A stretch of DNA of 63,555 nucleotides, the filler included, from Halorussus marinus (lineage in GTDB: Archaea; Halobacteriota; Halobacteria; Halobacteriales; Haladaptataceae), in assembly GCF_004765795.1 (NCBI RefSeq). It is 4 parts of 4 records of this genome, joined end to end, with 100 filler letters (N's around TTAATTAATTAA, not from the genome) between each part and the next. Parts side by side here need not be neighbours in the genome. Positions count along the whole stretch, not along the records: positions 20,907 to 39,333 come from NZ_SBIV01000018.1; 3 more parts are not named here. The stretch is one strand, 5' to 3'. The notes under the pieces are model-generated. The model was given only the letters and a program-made list of their open reading frames with translations. It made no database searches and was not told the DNA's origin. The position numbers and the translations under genes are program-made. Of this stretch, positions 22,173 to 31,926 are shown in pieces. The number at the start of each line of letters is the position of its first letter. Position 1 is the stretch's first letter.

Positions 22173-22540
22173 TACGATTCGACCTCGCCGTAGAGGATAT
22201 CATCGATATCGTCCTCGCCGACGGGTTCGTCTTCGTCACCGGCGTGCGCCTCGGCATCCCAGAACGGGTCGTCTGGATTGATTTCGGCTGTGGTGTCTTC
22301 GGTGTCGGTGAGCCACCAGACGACGGCGTTCGCGCCGACGGTGCGGCGTTCGACTCGGCCTTGTTCGTGGAGCGTGATCAGTTTCTGGCGGGCGGCTTCA
22401 GAGCTACAGTCGAGGAGTTCGCCAAGTTCTTTCGCGGTGGCGACGGGGCTGTCGGTTTGGCGGATGGCTTCAAGGACGTCCTCAAGGGAGATTGTCCCCA
22501 CATATTGGCCGTGGTCGTTCCGCTCGCGGTCCTGACTCAT
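22172..22540 (-). CDS. wHTH putative antitoxin
   Basis: TAKELGELLDCSSEAARQKLITL HTH plus an acidic tail; TAATG-coupled to the PIN gene. Confidence 0.75.
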   Translation of the reverse strand: MSQDRERNDHGQYVGTISLEDVLEAIRQTDSPVATAKELGELLDCSSEAARQKLITLHEQGRVERRTVGANAVVWWLTDTEDTTAEINPDDPFWDAEAHAGDEDEPVGEDDIDDILYGEVES

Positions 22541-22749
22541 GACTACTCGTTCGTGGGCTACCTACCTAAACCTATTGCCACGGGGCAATAGGAGTAGGCA
22601 GATCAGCTATTTCCACGTACCAAAAGGACGAAAGCGACAGTTCCATCAAATGGAGAATCGAAATTCAAGCCTGACGATGCGAAAGGCGAACCCTGTTATC
22701 GATATATAAGCTGGGCTAGGCCGGTGTTTAATTCGTGACGGAACAGAGA

Positions 22750-23170
22750 GACCATCGCTTCCAGTGCTTTTCAGTAAAACTTCTCGGATGGGACTCTCAG
22801 TACCGAAATAACCTGTCTTAAAGTTACAATACGGACTAATTTAAACGCTATCCTAATAAATGCTAGTGTTATAGAGACCGTTTCTGAGCGAGTTCCAGTT
22901 GAAAGTCGTGAAGCACTGGAAACGACACTCTCTCACTGTCAGATATGGCCGCAACACAAGGGAAATAGTGTTTTATGCCTTCTACGTGGAATTCAGCCGA
23001 TAGCCATACCACTCTGAACAAAAGCATTGGAAACTGTGGTGTGTAGTATAGCATTGGAAACTGTGGTGTTGGGGGAAGGGGAAACGACTTTATCAATTGC
23101 ACTGGAAACGCCACTGTCTGAAGAGCACTGGAAACCACGCCCCAAACAGAACACTGGAAACACCACCCTA
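22750..23170. promoter_or_regulatory. Putative Orc1/Cdc6 replication origin (ORB-like repeats plus AT-rich tract)
   Basis: ca(c/t)tggaaac boxes at 22913, 23024, 23051, 23099, 23125 and 23151; gttccagttgaaa at 22892; G-string near 23071; AT-rich about 22800-22870; directly upstream of cdc6. Confidence 0.8.
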
Positions 23171-23173
23171 TCG

Positions 23174-24442
23174 ATGCACGAAATTAGCTTCCAACCTGAC
23201 GACAGCCTCTACCGCGACCGCGACACCCTCTTCGAGGACTACACCCCCGAAACCATCGTCGGCCGCGACGACGAACTCGCACAGTACCACGAAGCACTAC
23301 AACCCGCAATCAACGGCGAACAACCGAGCAACATCTTCCTCTACGGCAAAACCGGCGTCGGCAAAACCGCCAGTACTGACTACCTCCTCTCTCGCCTCGA
23401 AGAAGATGCCGAGAAATTCGACGTCGACCTCTCCGTCGTCTATCTCAACTGCGAAGGCTTGAACAAGAGCTATCAAGTCGCCATCCAACTCGTGAATCAG
23501 TTCCGCGACGAAGGCGACAAAATCAGCGAAACCGGCCACCCACGATACAAAATCTACGAATTCCTCTGGGACGAACTCGACACCGTCGGCGGCATCGTCC
23601 TGATAGTCCTTGACGAAGTCGATAACATTGGTGGCGACGACTCGATTCTCTATCAAATCCCGCGTGCGCGGAGTAACGATAACCTCCAAGATGCCAAGGT
23701 CGGTATCATCGGTATCAGCAACGACCTCGCGTTCCGCGACAACCTGTCCGCGAAAGTTCGGTCCTCACTCACGGAGAAATCCATCAGCTTCCCGCCCTAC
23801 GACGCAAACGAACTCCGAGACGTACTTCGCCAGCGAGCAGACATCGCGTTCCACGACGGCGCGCTCGCTGACGAGGTGCTTCCACTCTGTGCGGCGTACG
23901 GAGCGCAGGACTCTGGCGACGCTCGGAAAGCTCTCGACTTGTTGCGCGAAGCTGGCGACATCGCACGAGCGGAAGGTGCGGAGCAAGTTGAGGAATTTCA
24001 TGTGAAGCGTGCCCGCGAGAAGTTGGAACGCGAAGAACTGATGGACGGTATCGCCGATCTTGCGGAACATCAGCAACTCACGCTCTACGCGCTTGCGACG
24101 TTCGAGGGCGCTGGGGAAACCCCCGTCTCTTCGCAGACTATCTATGACCGCTATTCGGAACTCTGCCGCCACATCGGCAACGACCCTTTAACTTCGCGTC
24201 GCGTTCGGGATTTCCTCAAGGAGATGGCGGACCTCTCGCTTATTCAGTCGTCGGCTCAGAACGAGGGACTCTCGGGTGGAAAGTACAAGGACCATCGACT
24301 GCAATCTGACCTCGGGACGGTACTCGCCGCACTATCAGACTTACTGGAGTACGTCGGCGTTCACGAAAACATTCGAGACACGGTAGCGTCGTCAGACGAA
24401 ATTATGATTTCGACGGAGTCCGACGCCTCAACGCTACTGTGA
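23174..24442 (+). CDS. cdc6: Orc1/Cdc6 replication initiator
   Basis: DYTPETIVGRD, YGKTGVGKT, VLDEVD, FPPYDANEL, SGDARKALDLLR, C-terminal wHTH. Confidence 0.95.
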   Translation: MHEISFQPDDSLYRDRDTLFEDYTPETIVGRDDELAQYHEALQPAINGEQPSNIFLYGKTGVGKTASTDYLLSRLEEDAEKFDVDLSVVYLNCEGLNKSYQVAIQLVNQFRDEGDKISETGHPRYKIYEFLWDELDTVGGIVLIVLDEVDNIGGDDSILYQIPRARSNDNLQDAKVGIIGISNDLAFRDNLSAKVRSSLTEKSISFPPYDANELRDVLRQRADIAFHDGALADEVLPLCAAYGAQDSGDARKALDLLREAGDIARAEGAEQVEEFHVKRAREKLEREELMDGIADLAEHQQLTLYALATFEGAGETPVSSQTIYDRYSELCRHIGNDPLTSRRVRDFLKEMADLSLIQSSAQNEGLSGGKYKDHRLQSDLGTVLAALSDLLEYVGVHENIRDTVASSDEIMISTESDASTLL

Positions 24443-24542
24443 GTACGTAATTCTATCTCGTGAATAGTTTCGGAAGTTTGGTGTAGGCTTCGGAAGGTCC
24501 AGAACCGCTACTCCCCGTTAAAGCGTTCGGGAGTAGCCAAAA

Positions 24543-25642
24543 TGCCTTGTTGAACGCAAGACAGCGTCGGGGTTGGGTCGATTGTTCGCAGTCTCACGCC
24601 GTCAGAAGATGCAATAGCTGTCACTCACGGCGGTTGCTGAAGGGTCAAAACTATGGTATCTTGCTCCGTTGGTTCGGTGACGACGGCGATGCCTCTCCCG
24701 GATACGTCCGGAGAAGGGGAGCAGCCGGCGAGCTCTAACTCGCCGCCTGCGTCAGGTTATGGATGATGCACTTCCGAGTCAGCTCCCGGAACTGGCCGTG
24801 CCAGCTCCGGGAGCGCAGCTTCTCGCCGTCGTCTTCCTTCAACTGCGAGAAGCCTGTCTCACTCATCCAGCGCTGGTTGTAGTCCTCGCTCATCCGGGCG
24901 TTGTGAGCCTTCTGCAACGGTGTCTGCTCCCTGTGCTTGATCAACGGTCGCGTTGAGTTGGAGCGACACTCCTCTCGGAGGTCGCTCCACGAGTAGTTCG
25001 CGTCAGCAGACAGTACACGCAGGTCTTCCGCGTTCCGACGGAAGACCTGCATCCCAATGTGGCCGTCCCACGCCTTCTGCGTCGTGTAGTGAACGTCCTT
25101 GATCGCTAAGGAGTTCACGTCGATCAAGATCGTCGTCTTCATCGACTGGAACGAGTAATTCGCGCGGTCGCGGTAGTGGTAGCTAGTTTGATCACGCTGG
25201 AAGCCACTCGCATCAATCGCGGCTTCACCACTCCAGCCCGCCTGCTCCGCCGAAGCACGGAGCAGGCGGCGGAGTTCACGCATCCGATACTCTTGTTCCC
25301 ACCGGCACAACGAGCTGTAGTTCGGTGCCTCGTCAAGGTCGAATACAGCAAGAACACCTGGCATCTCGTTGAGGTAGTCTTCAGTTTCACGGAGGCTCTT
25401 CTCCAGTTCGACGGGGAACAGAATTAACGCGATCTGTGTCCACTTGGCGTACCCGTCCGCGCCGTCCGGCGCGGCGGGTACGTTCGGATCGTCAACGTGC
25501 TGTTTGGCAAGGTCTCGACACATTCGCGCTAGCCGTCTGAGCGATGCCATATCGCCAGATGGCGTCCATTTCCCGGTTAATCTGACGGAAGATAACCGTG
25601 AGAGCGTCTGAAACTGTCGTCATTCGGCGGCAAAACAAGGCA
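24543..25642 (-). mobile_element. ISH1-like IS5-family element (transposase 24735-25550)
   Basis: IRs tgccttgtt / aacaaggca; AIDASGF, ADANY and YNQRWMSETGFS motifs; no TSD. Confidence 0.85.
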
Positions 25643-26107
25643 TTCCACATTCAACGGTTTCACGTCCTCTGTGATCCCCTGATCAGAGAGAAGACCGTGG
25701 ATCTTGTTGGCGTACTTGGATTGGTCCTCAAATACCGTTTGTCGCCCGCGCACGAGTGCGCGGGCTTCCCTGATCTCGTCGGTCGGGACGTAGCTTTTTG
25801 GGACTGAGTTTAACTGCACCATCCGCGCGAGTTCTTTGACGTCAACGCGATCAGTTTTCTTGTCGGTGTCGGCGATCTGGGTCAGCTCTTGCGGGTGTGC
25901 GATAGTCACATCCAAATGTTCAGACAGCGTATCGTGGATGTGGTAGTAATTGCTGGTTGCTTCGAGTGCAACTTGTGCGCCAGCGTACCGCTGGGCGAGG
26001 TCGTCGAGGTTCGCGTGCTCGACGCGAACCTCTTTGACGATCTCACTGGCCTTATCCATTACTACCACCTGTGCGTACCGTTTGTGTACATCGATTCCGA
26101 GGTACAT
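25643..26107 (-). pseudogene. IS110-family transposase, 5' half truncated by the ISH1-like element
   Basis: MYLGIDVHK, ALEATSNY, KKTDRVD (DEDD domain). Confidence 0.85.
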
Positions 26108-26329
26108 GGTTTATTCACCCGGGACGCCAGTGCGTGAAGCAGAGATGCACCTATTTGGGCTTTCCTGGATGCCGCGCCGCGCGGCACCCGGGCTGTAGCG
26201 CCCATGACTCGGCTTCTTTCGCACACGGACCAGTCAACACTATGTGCTTGGTGGCACGAGCCACTCGTCGGTCTCTTGCGCCCCATGCTTGGTTTGCACT
26301 CTCATGGAGTAGCAGCGTTTCCATTGAGT

Positions 26330-26440
26330 CAACACCGTCGTGTCGGCGGCGAATCGCCGCCGACAGCGACTTCATCGGCCAAAACGCACCGGCTCTATTG
26401 CTCGGATGCCCGTTCCGTAGCGGTTACGCAGACTTAGCGG
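26330..26440 (+). mobile_element. Remnant of an ISH3-type right end
   Basis: gtcggcggc..cgccgccgacagcgac hairpin resembles about 15711-15740. Confidence 0.45.
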
Positions 26441-27608
26441 CTGCTGAACGCTATCGGGACTTTGCCAATGTGATCGACTGGAGATTCCTGATGGAGTCGC
26501 TCACTCATCCGTTCGACTTTATCCTTGAAGTGGGCGGCTTGGAGTTCATCGCGGATGGAAATCGTTTCACATCCGTCGGTGCCGTAGATGGCGACACTGT
26601 GGAGGTAGTCACCAGCGTGGTTTTTTCAGGAACGCGAGAAGAGGCTGTTGCTTGCTCCCAGCCATATATGAATGCTATACAAAAATAAAAAATCATAAAA
26701 TATTCTCTGTTCTGTCAGAGTCGTTCTGAGATGTAGCTAGGTAGAGGTACATTAGCTGTCAGCCTATTTCAAGTGAAGCATGTTCGAAGAGTAGTCTGAG
26801 AAACCTCCATGGTCTCATCTAGTGAGTTAGTGTTCAAGAACGGAGAAGAATATCTCCGTTCTTTCCTCGAAACGACTACCATGTGTACCAGGCAAGGGTA
26901 GTTGGGTACTGTTCAAGGCCCTGACAGACACTTGAACACTACCCAGCTACTATCCAAAATGGATGGCTACTCAATAATAATTCTTAGCATAGAAGCAACT
27001 TACTGTAGAAGAACAGGCTAGCACTGGTAGAGTGGCAAACTATCGGATCTCCCAGTACGAGAACGACGGGCTTGATTGCTGGGGGAGACGATTCTGGTAG
27101 CGTGTGCAGTAGTGTTCGACTGGTCTCTGTCTGCGTACTGAGACTGTATTGGAGACCTGGCCGCTCAGACCGACTGGAAGACATCTTAACACCGGAGAAC
27201 GTAGAATCGAAACGGGGTAGACGACCATGTTTACGGTCTACGATTATTCTGTGGGGTTGACTGCTAAATCCGCGTCGACGATCTGGGTTGAGCCGAATCA
27301 ACAATGCGGCTCCTGTAATTTGTTGTCCAGCGGTTGAGCAGGAGTTGCCGGAGGAGAAACATTCAATGAGTCACGGTAACATGTGTCGGTTGGTGGGCTG
27401 ATGCCACTGTCACTCGGAGTCAGCTTGTCATCCCTGGGCTGGGCATCCCAGAATACTGCCCTCCCAAACTGGCCGTCACTCTGACACTCCCGAACTTCAA
27501 TCGCCGAGTACCAATCCACCAAGTCCCGTACCGCCGGCACGACCTCCTTGGCAGAATCAGTCAGTTACGGACCCACCGTGCAAGTACTTGACCATGGTTG
27601 TTTCTGTA

Positions 27609-28677
27609 GAGGATGTCATAGAACAGTTCTCATACCAGAGAGCAGGGTGAACGCTGAGGTGGTATGAGCCCAGCGACCCTGCAAGAGAATCCTACGGTAG
27701 AGACGTTCTTCAATGTCGTGGAAACTGAGACACTAGCGCTGTTTGAGCATCTCTCCTTCGAGTTTCTCGAAGAGTTCGACGTGTTCGCCCCGGCGCAGAC
27801 GGGGCGAACACGAGTTCACAAACCACCCGAAATGATGCGTGGGTTTCTGCACTGCTACTACAAGGATATCTACGGCATTCGTCCGGTTGCACGAGAACTG
27901 AACAACACAGTCGTCTGGCTCAGCTGTGGCTTCGATCGACCGCCGTCCAGAGACGCGGTCGATCGCTTTCTCACCGATCTCGAACACGTCATCGACAAGA
28001 TTTTCGACCACCTCGTCGAGCAGGCCGCCTTGCGCGGCCTGCTCGACTTGACCTACTCGATTGATTCGACAGACGTGAGAACGATGCCTGCCGATCCTGA
28101 CGCATCGAAATGCTACGATCCAACGGCTGAAGAGTACTACTACGGCTACGGCTGCACGATCGTTTCGACCGGCTCGAAGATCCCGATTGCAGCGGAGTTC
28201 ACCGAGAGCAAACAAGCACCAGAGGAGACGGCGATGCGCGTCACCCGTGACGCGCTCGCCGTCGCTAAACCGATATGGATGCTTGGTGACAGCGCCTACG
28301 ATACACTTGACTGGCACGACCACCTGCTGGCCGCAGGGGTCGTGCCAGTCGCCCCCTACAACCCACGGAACACTGATGACCCGAAGGACATCGAGTACAG
28401 GGTCGAAGACCGCATCGAACAACACAGCGAGGACGTTCAGCTGAAGCAATCGACGCTAAACGAGACGTACAACCGCCGAACAGGCGTCGAACGAACCAAC
28501 GAATCAGTCAAGGGCTGCGGCCTCGGGCGAACGCACGCCCGAGGCCGCGTCCACGCACGAGCACAGGTGTTCCTCGCGCTGTGCCTTCGCCTCGTTATTG
28601 CAATCACCAACTATGAACGCGGAGACAATCCGGGAAGCACGATCATCACGGTGTGACAAGAGTTCTATGACACCCTC
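27609..28677 (+). mobile_element. ISH11-like IS, complete (transposase 27664-28656)
   Basis: IRs gaggatgtcatagaac / gttctatgacaccctc; flanking duplication tctgta; IDSTD, GDSAYD, RTGVER. Confidence 0.88.
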
Positions 28678-28796
28678 TCTGTAGCCTAAATAGTGAGACT
28701 GGAGTGGTATAACGTGTCTTGTACTCATTCTGTGGCAATACTCGCTGAAGGACGTATACTTAATACTTATCCGGGAATTTGTGATATCGAGATAGT

Positions 28797-30104
28797 ATGA
28801 ATACTAATAGATGCTACGAGCGTGAATTCGTCCGAACGTTCTTCACCTCACCGACAGCGGTAGAAGGCGAAGAAGACTCCGCAAAAATGATACGGAGTGC
28901 AGCCCAGCTCCGTGGAATGCAAGCTCCAGATGTCTGGGTTCCAGACAACGAGGACGCAACCGCGCCGTCAATGCGTGATGAGGGAGTCAAGAACATCATC
29001 GAAATTGTATCCGAGCATGGTGCTGATTTCCCTGGTGAGATTCATCCTCGTCTTGTTTGGCATCGTGAAAATCCAACGATTCGGTACCAAGGGTTCCAGC
29101 ACATGCTGGAAGTTGCTGACCCAGACAACAACGCCATAGAGTACATTGATGGCTTTGTGATTCCAGAAGTCGGCGATATCGATGACTGGAAGAAGGCTGA
29201 TGAGTTTTTCACTATCGTTGAGAACAAGTATGGGCTACCAGAAGGAAGCTTTTCGATGTCTGTCATTATCGAAAGCGGCGAGGCTGAGCTTGCCATGGCG
29301 GATCTCCGCGAGGAAATTGGAAAGCCTTCCAATAATCTCGAGCGTCTGTTTTTGCTCGTTGATGGTGAGGTCGATTACACCAAAGATATGCGAGCTATGA
29401 CACCTACCGGTGAATTACCGTCATGGCCCGAGTTACGGCATAACACCTCCCGTGGTGCTAGTGCTGCTGGTCTGATTGCGGTTGACGGTCCGTATGACGA
29501 TATCCGTGATATCGAAGGATACCATGAGAGGATGACTGAAAACCGGGCAAAGGGCATGAATGGGATCTGGTCACTAACGCCCAAACAGGTCGTTGAGGCA
29601 AACAAGGCGCCGCTACCGCCGAAGGCCGGCAGTTGGATCCTTGAGCTGGATGACCGTGAGATTGAACTGGAAGAAGACGCTGGACGGCAAATATATTCTG
29701 GTACCGAACTAAGAATCGAAGAGACGGCCGACGAGCAGTACACACTATCTGTCCGCGGTAATGAATACGAACTAGACAGAGACGGCTTACGTAAAGAACT
29801 CTTAGACATGTTGGTATATGTTCCTAGCATGGATGATATTGTCGATTCTATGGAGGAGTTTGAAGCGGCCAAGGAGTCCGGAAAGGGTGCAATTGCAATC
29901 ACACAGTCGACAACAGTAGTCGTTGACGGTGTCGAAATTGATGTGAAGAAAGACAGAATGTGGGATGAAGCGACGTACCAAGCTGCGCAAACGCCGGTTT
30001 CCCTCTTCAAAGACGTGTATAAGAATCGGCCTGACCAGCACGAAGAACTAGAGAAAATGTACGGCGAGGATATCGTTCAACGAGCGATAAACGTCGGTAG
30101 TTAA
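28797..30104 (+). CDS. aceB: Haloarchaeal malate synthase (MSH) / malyl-CoA lyase family
   Basis: REFVRTFFTSPTAVEGE, PDNEDATAP, LVDGEVDYTKD and DRMWDEAT, as in Haloferax AceB. Confidence 0.88.
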   Translation: MNTNRCYEREFVRTFFTSPTAVEGEEDSAKMIRSAAQLRGMQAPDVWVPDNEDATAPSMRDEGVKNIIEIVSEHGADFPGEIHPRLVWHRENPTIRYQGFQHMLEVADPDNNAIEYIDGFVIPEVGDIDDWKKADEFFTIVENKYGLPEGSFSMSVIIESGEAELAMADLREEIGKPSNNLERLFLLVDGEVDYTKDMRAMTPTGELPSWPELRHNTSRGASAAGLIAVDGPYDDIRDIEGYHERMTENRAKGMNGIWSLTPKQVVEANKAPLPPKAGSWILELDDREIELEEDAGRQIYSGTELRIEETADEQYTLSVRGNEYELDRDGLRKELLDMLVYVPSMDDIVDSMEEFEAAKESGKGAIAITQSTTVVVDGVEIDVKKDRMWDEATYQAAQTPVSLFKDVYKNRPDQHEELEKMYGEDIVQRAINVGS

Positions 30105-30309
30105 TACTGAATTCCCCCCTTTCTCAATGTCAGTCTCAAGCACCAGCCGAGGCATCAATATATAAATAGCTGAATAATAAATACGGTAGAAAACTAGCAA
30201 TCCAGCATACCGGTTATGGGAAAATCCGCTTCTAATATCGATATTGCAACAATATATAAAAGTAAATAAGATAGGTATCTTTATTGTGTTGGTCCACAAT
30301 TCCTTTGAC

Positions 30310-30681
30310 ATGGAAGTTGTCAAACCAAACAACGTCTATGATAGTAGCGCACCGAACTCCAGGGCTGTCGTACAGGATGATACCGTGTATGTCTCAGGCG
30401 TCGTCGGAATCGATCCTGAGACGGGAGAATATGGTGATACGATGGCTGAGCAAACACGAAACGCATTTGAGAATATCAGTGCTACGCTTGAAGAAGCCGA
30501 ATCATCGCTTGATCAAGTCTTACGGTTCCTTGTGTTCATAACTGATGGAGAGAAGAAACCAGAGATGGATGAAGTGTTTGAAGAGTATCTCGACGAACCA
30601 TATCCGACTCGTGCCGCAGTCATTAGCGACCTCGGTGGCGATGAAGCAATGGTCGAAATTGTCGTAACAGCATATCGATAA
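30310..30681 (+). CDS. RidA/YjgF family imine deaminase
   Basis: VYVSGVVGIDP, EQTRNAFENI, YPTRAAV (catalytic Arg), VEIVVTA. Confidence 0.9.
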   Translation: MEVVKPNNVYDSSAPNSRAVVQDDTVYVSGVVGIDPETGEYGDTMAEQTRNAFENISATLEEAESSLDQVLRFLVFITDGEKKPEMDEVFEEYLDEPYPTRAAVISDLGGDEAMVEIVVTAYR

Positions 30682-30804
30682 CGCCAATTCGTAATTAACC
30701 TTCTACTTCGACTTTATCGGCGAATACTATCGATACAAGATGCGACGATGCATCCGGAACCAGGCGAAACTAGATATCTTACGCTATTATGCCGACTCGA
30801 CATT

Positions 30805-31581
30805 TCACATTGTCTCACACGTTACCTCGATAATATTCGAACTCTGAGATATAATAGTAGGATACTCATCATAGAACTTCTCATCTGTTATACGGCTAAT
30901 TGGTCCCGAAATGCTAATGGCACCTAAGACATTTCCACCACCATCCACAATTGGAGCTCCAACAGCACGGGTACCACGAACCTCTTCTTCATCATTGAGT
31001 GCAATTCCATCGCGATTGCGGATTTTCTCGATATCTTCGAACAGTTCTTCCTTACTTGTGATCGTATTATCTGTCGCAGCGGGGAGTCCATGTTCCTGAA
31101 TTATGTGCTCTATGTGAGTATCATCTAGTTGTGCAAGGATTGCCTTTCCTGTTGAACTCCAGTGAAGGTGGTCCGTGTCCCGAAGAAGGGTATTATGATA
31201 TTCGTCTGCAATTCCCTTTTCACCTATCCGTTTGTATAGGTAAATCCCCTTACCGAACTCTTCGACCATGAGATTCACGGACTCCTCGGTAGTTTCAACT
31301 AATCGGTCGACCTCTTCTTTCGCAGCATTATATATCTCCGAACGATATTTGACTTCTTCACCAAAATTGTGAAAGCGATGGCTTATCTTGTATTGACCGT
31401 TGGTCTTTCTGACGAACCGTTCCTTTCGGAGTGTTGCCAAATGATTGTATACAGCACCCTTTGAAAGTTCGAGGACTTTTGAGAGTTCTGTTACTGTTGC
31501 TCCATCTACTTCTTTTAAAGCATTCAAAACGGAGCATGTTATATCAACTGTTTTTAGAGTCCGAGGTTCTGTATCATCCAT
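30805..31581 (-). CDS. IclR-family transcriptional regulator
   Basis: LSKGAVYNHLATL HTH; LHWSSTGKAILA, GAISISGP. Confidence 0.92.
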   Translation of the reverse strand: MDDTEPRTLKTVDITCSVLNALKEVDGATVTELSKVLELSKGAVYNHLATLRKERFVRKTNGQYKISHRFHNFGEEVKYRSEIYNAAKEEVDRLVETTEESVNLMVEEFGKGIYLYKRIGEKGIADEYHNTLLRDTDHLHWSSTGKAILAQLDDTHIEHIIQEHGLPAATDNTITSKEELFEDIEKIRNRDGIALNDEEEVRGTRAVGAPIVDGGGNVLGAISISGPISRITDEKFYDEYPTIISQSSNIIEVTCETM

Positions 31582-31926
31582 CACGGATTGGGCTAAGAGC
31601 ACAGTCCATAATAAATATTTGCATACCACAAATCTTTCCTAATGTCGACGAGGTTCTATAAAAATAATATTGGCGGATGTTTGCACTTCACAAATCTCGT
31701 CACGACATATATTAATATAGTTAATTTTATATCCAAATAGTACTGATTGATGTATTAGAAATTTTAATACTTATCCTGTGTTTTGATCCAGTTCCATAGT
31801 GCCATGATGTGTGTTACAAACATAAGATTGTAACATCCGGTTCACGAGACACAAACACGGAATTTTCAATACGCGATGAGCAATCGCTTAATCTCGATAG
31901 GGAAAAACGACAAGAATGGCCGTTTT

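Noticed and set aside
23024..23161. Regularly spaced repeats as a mini-CRISPR
   Set aside because: Repeats are about 11 bp with 15-16 bp spacers, match ORB cores, adjoin cdc6, and no cas genes are present.
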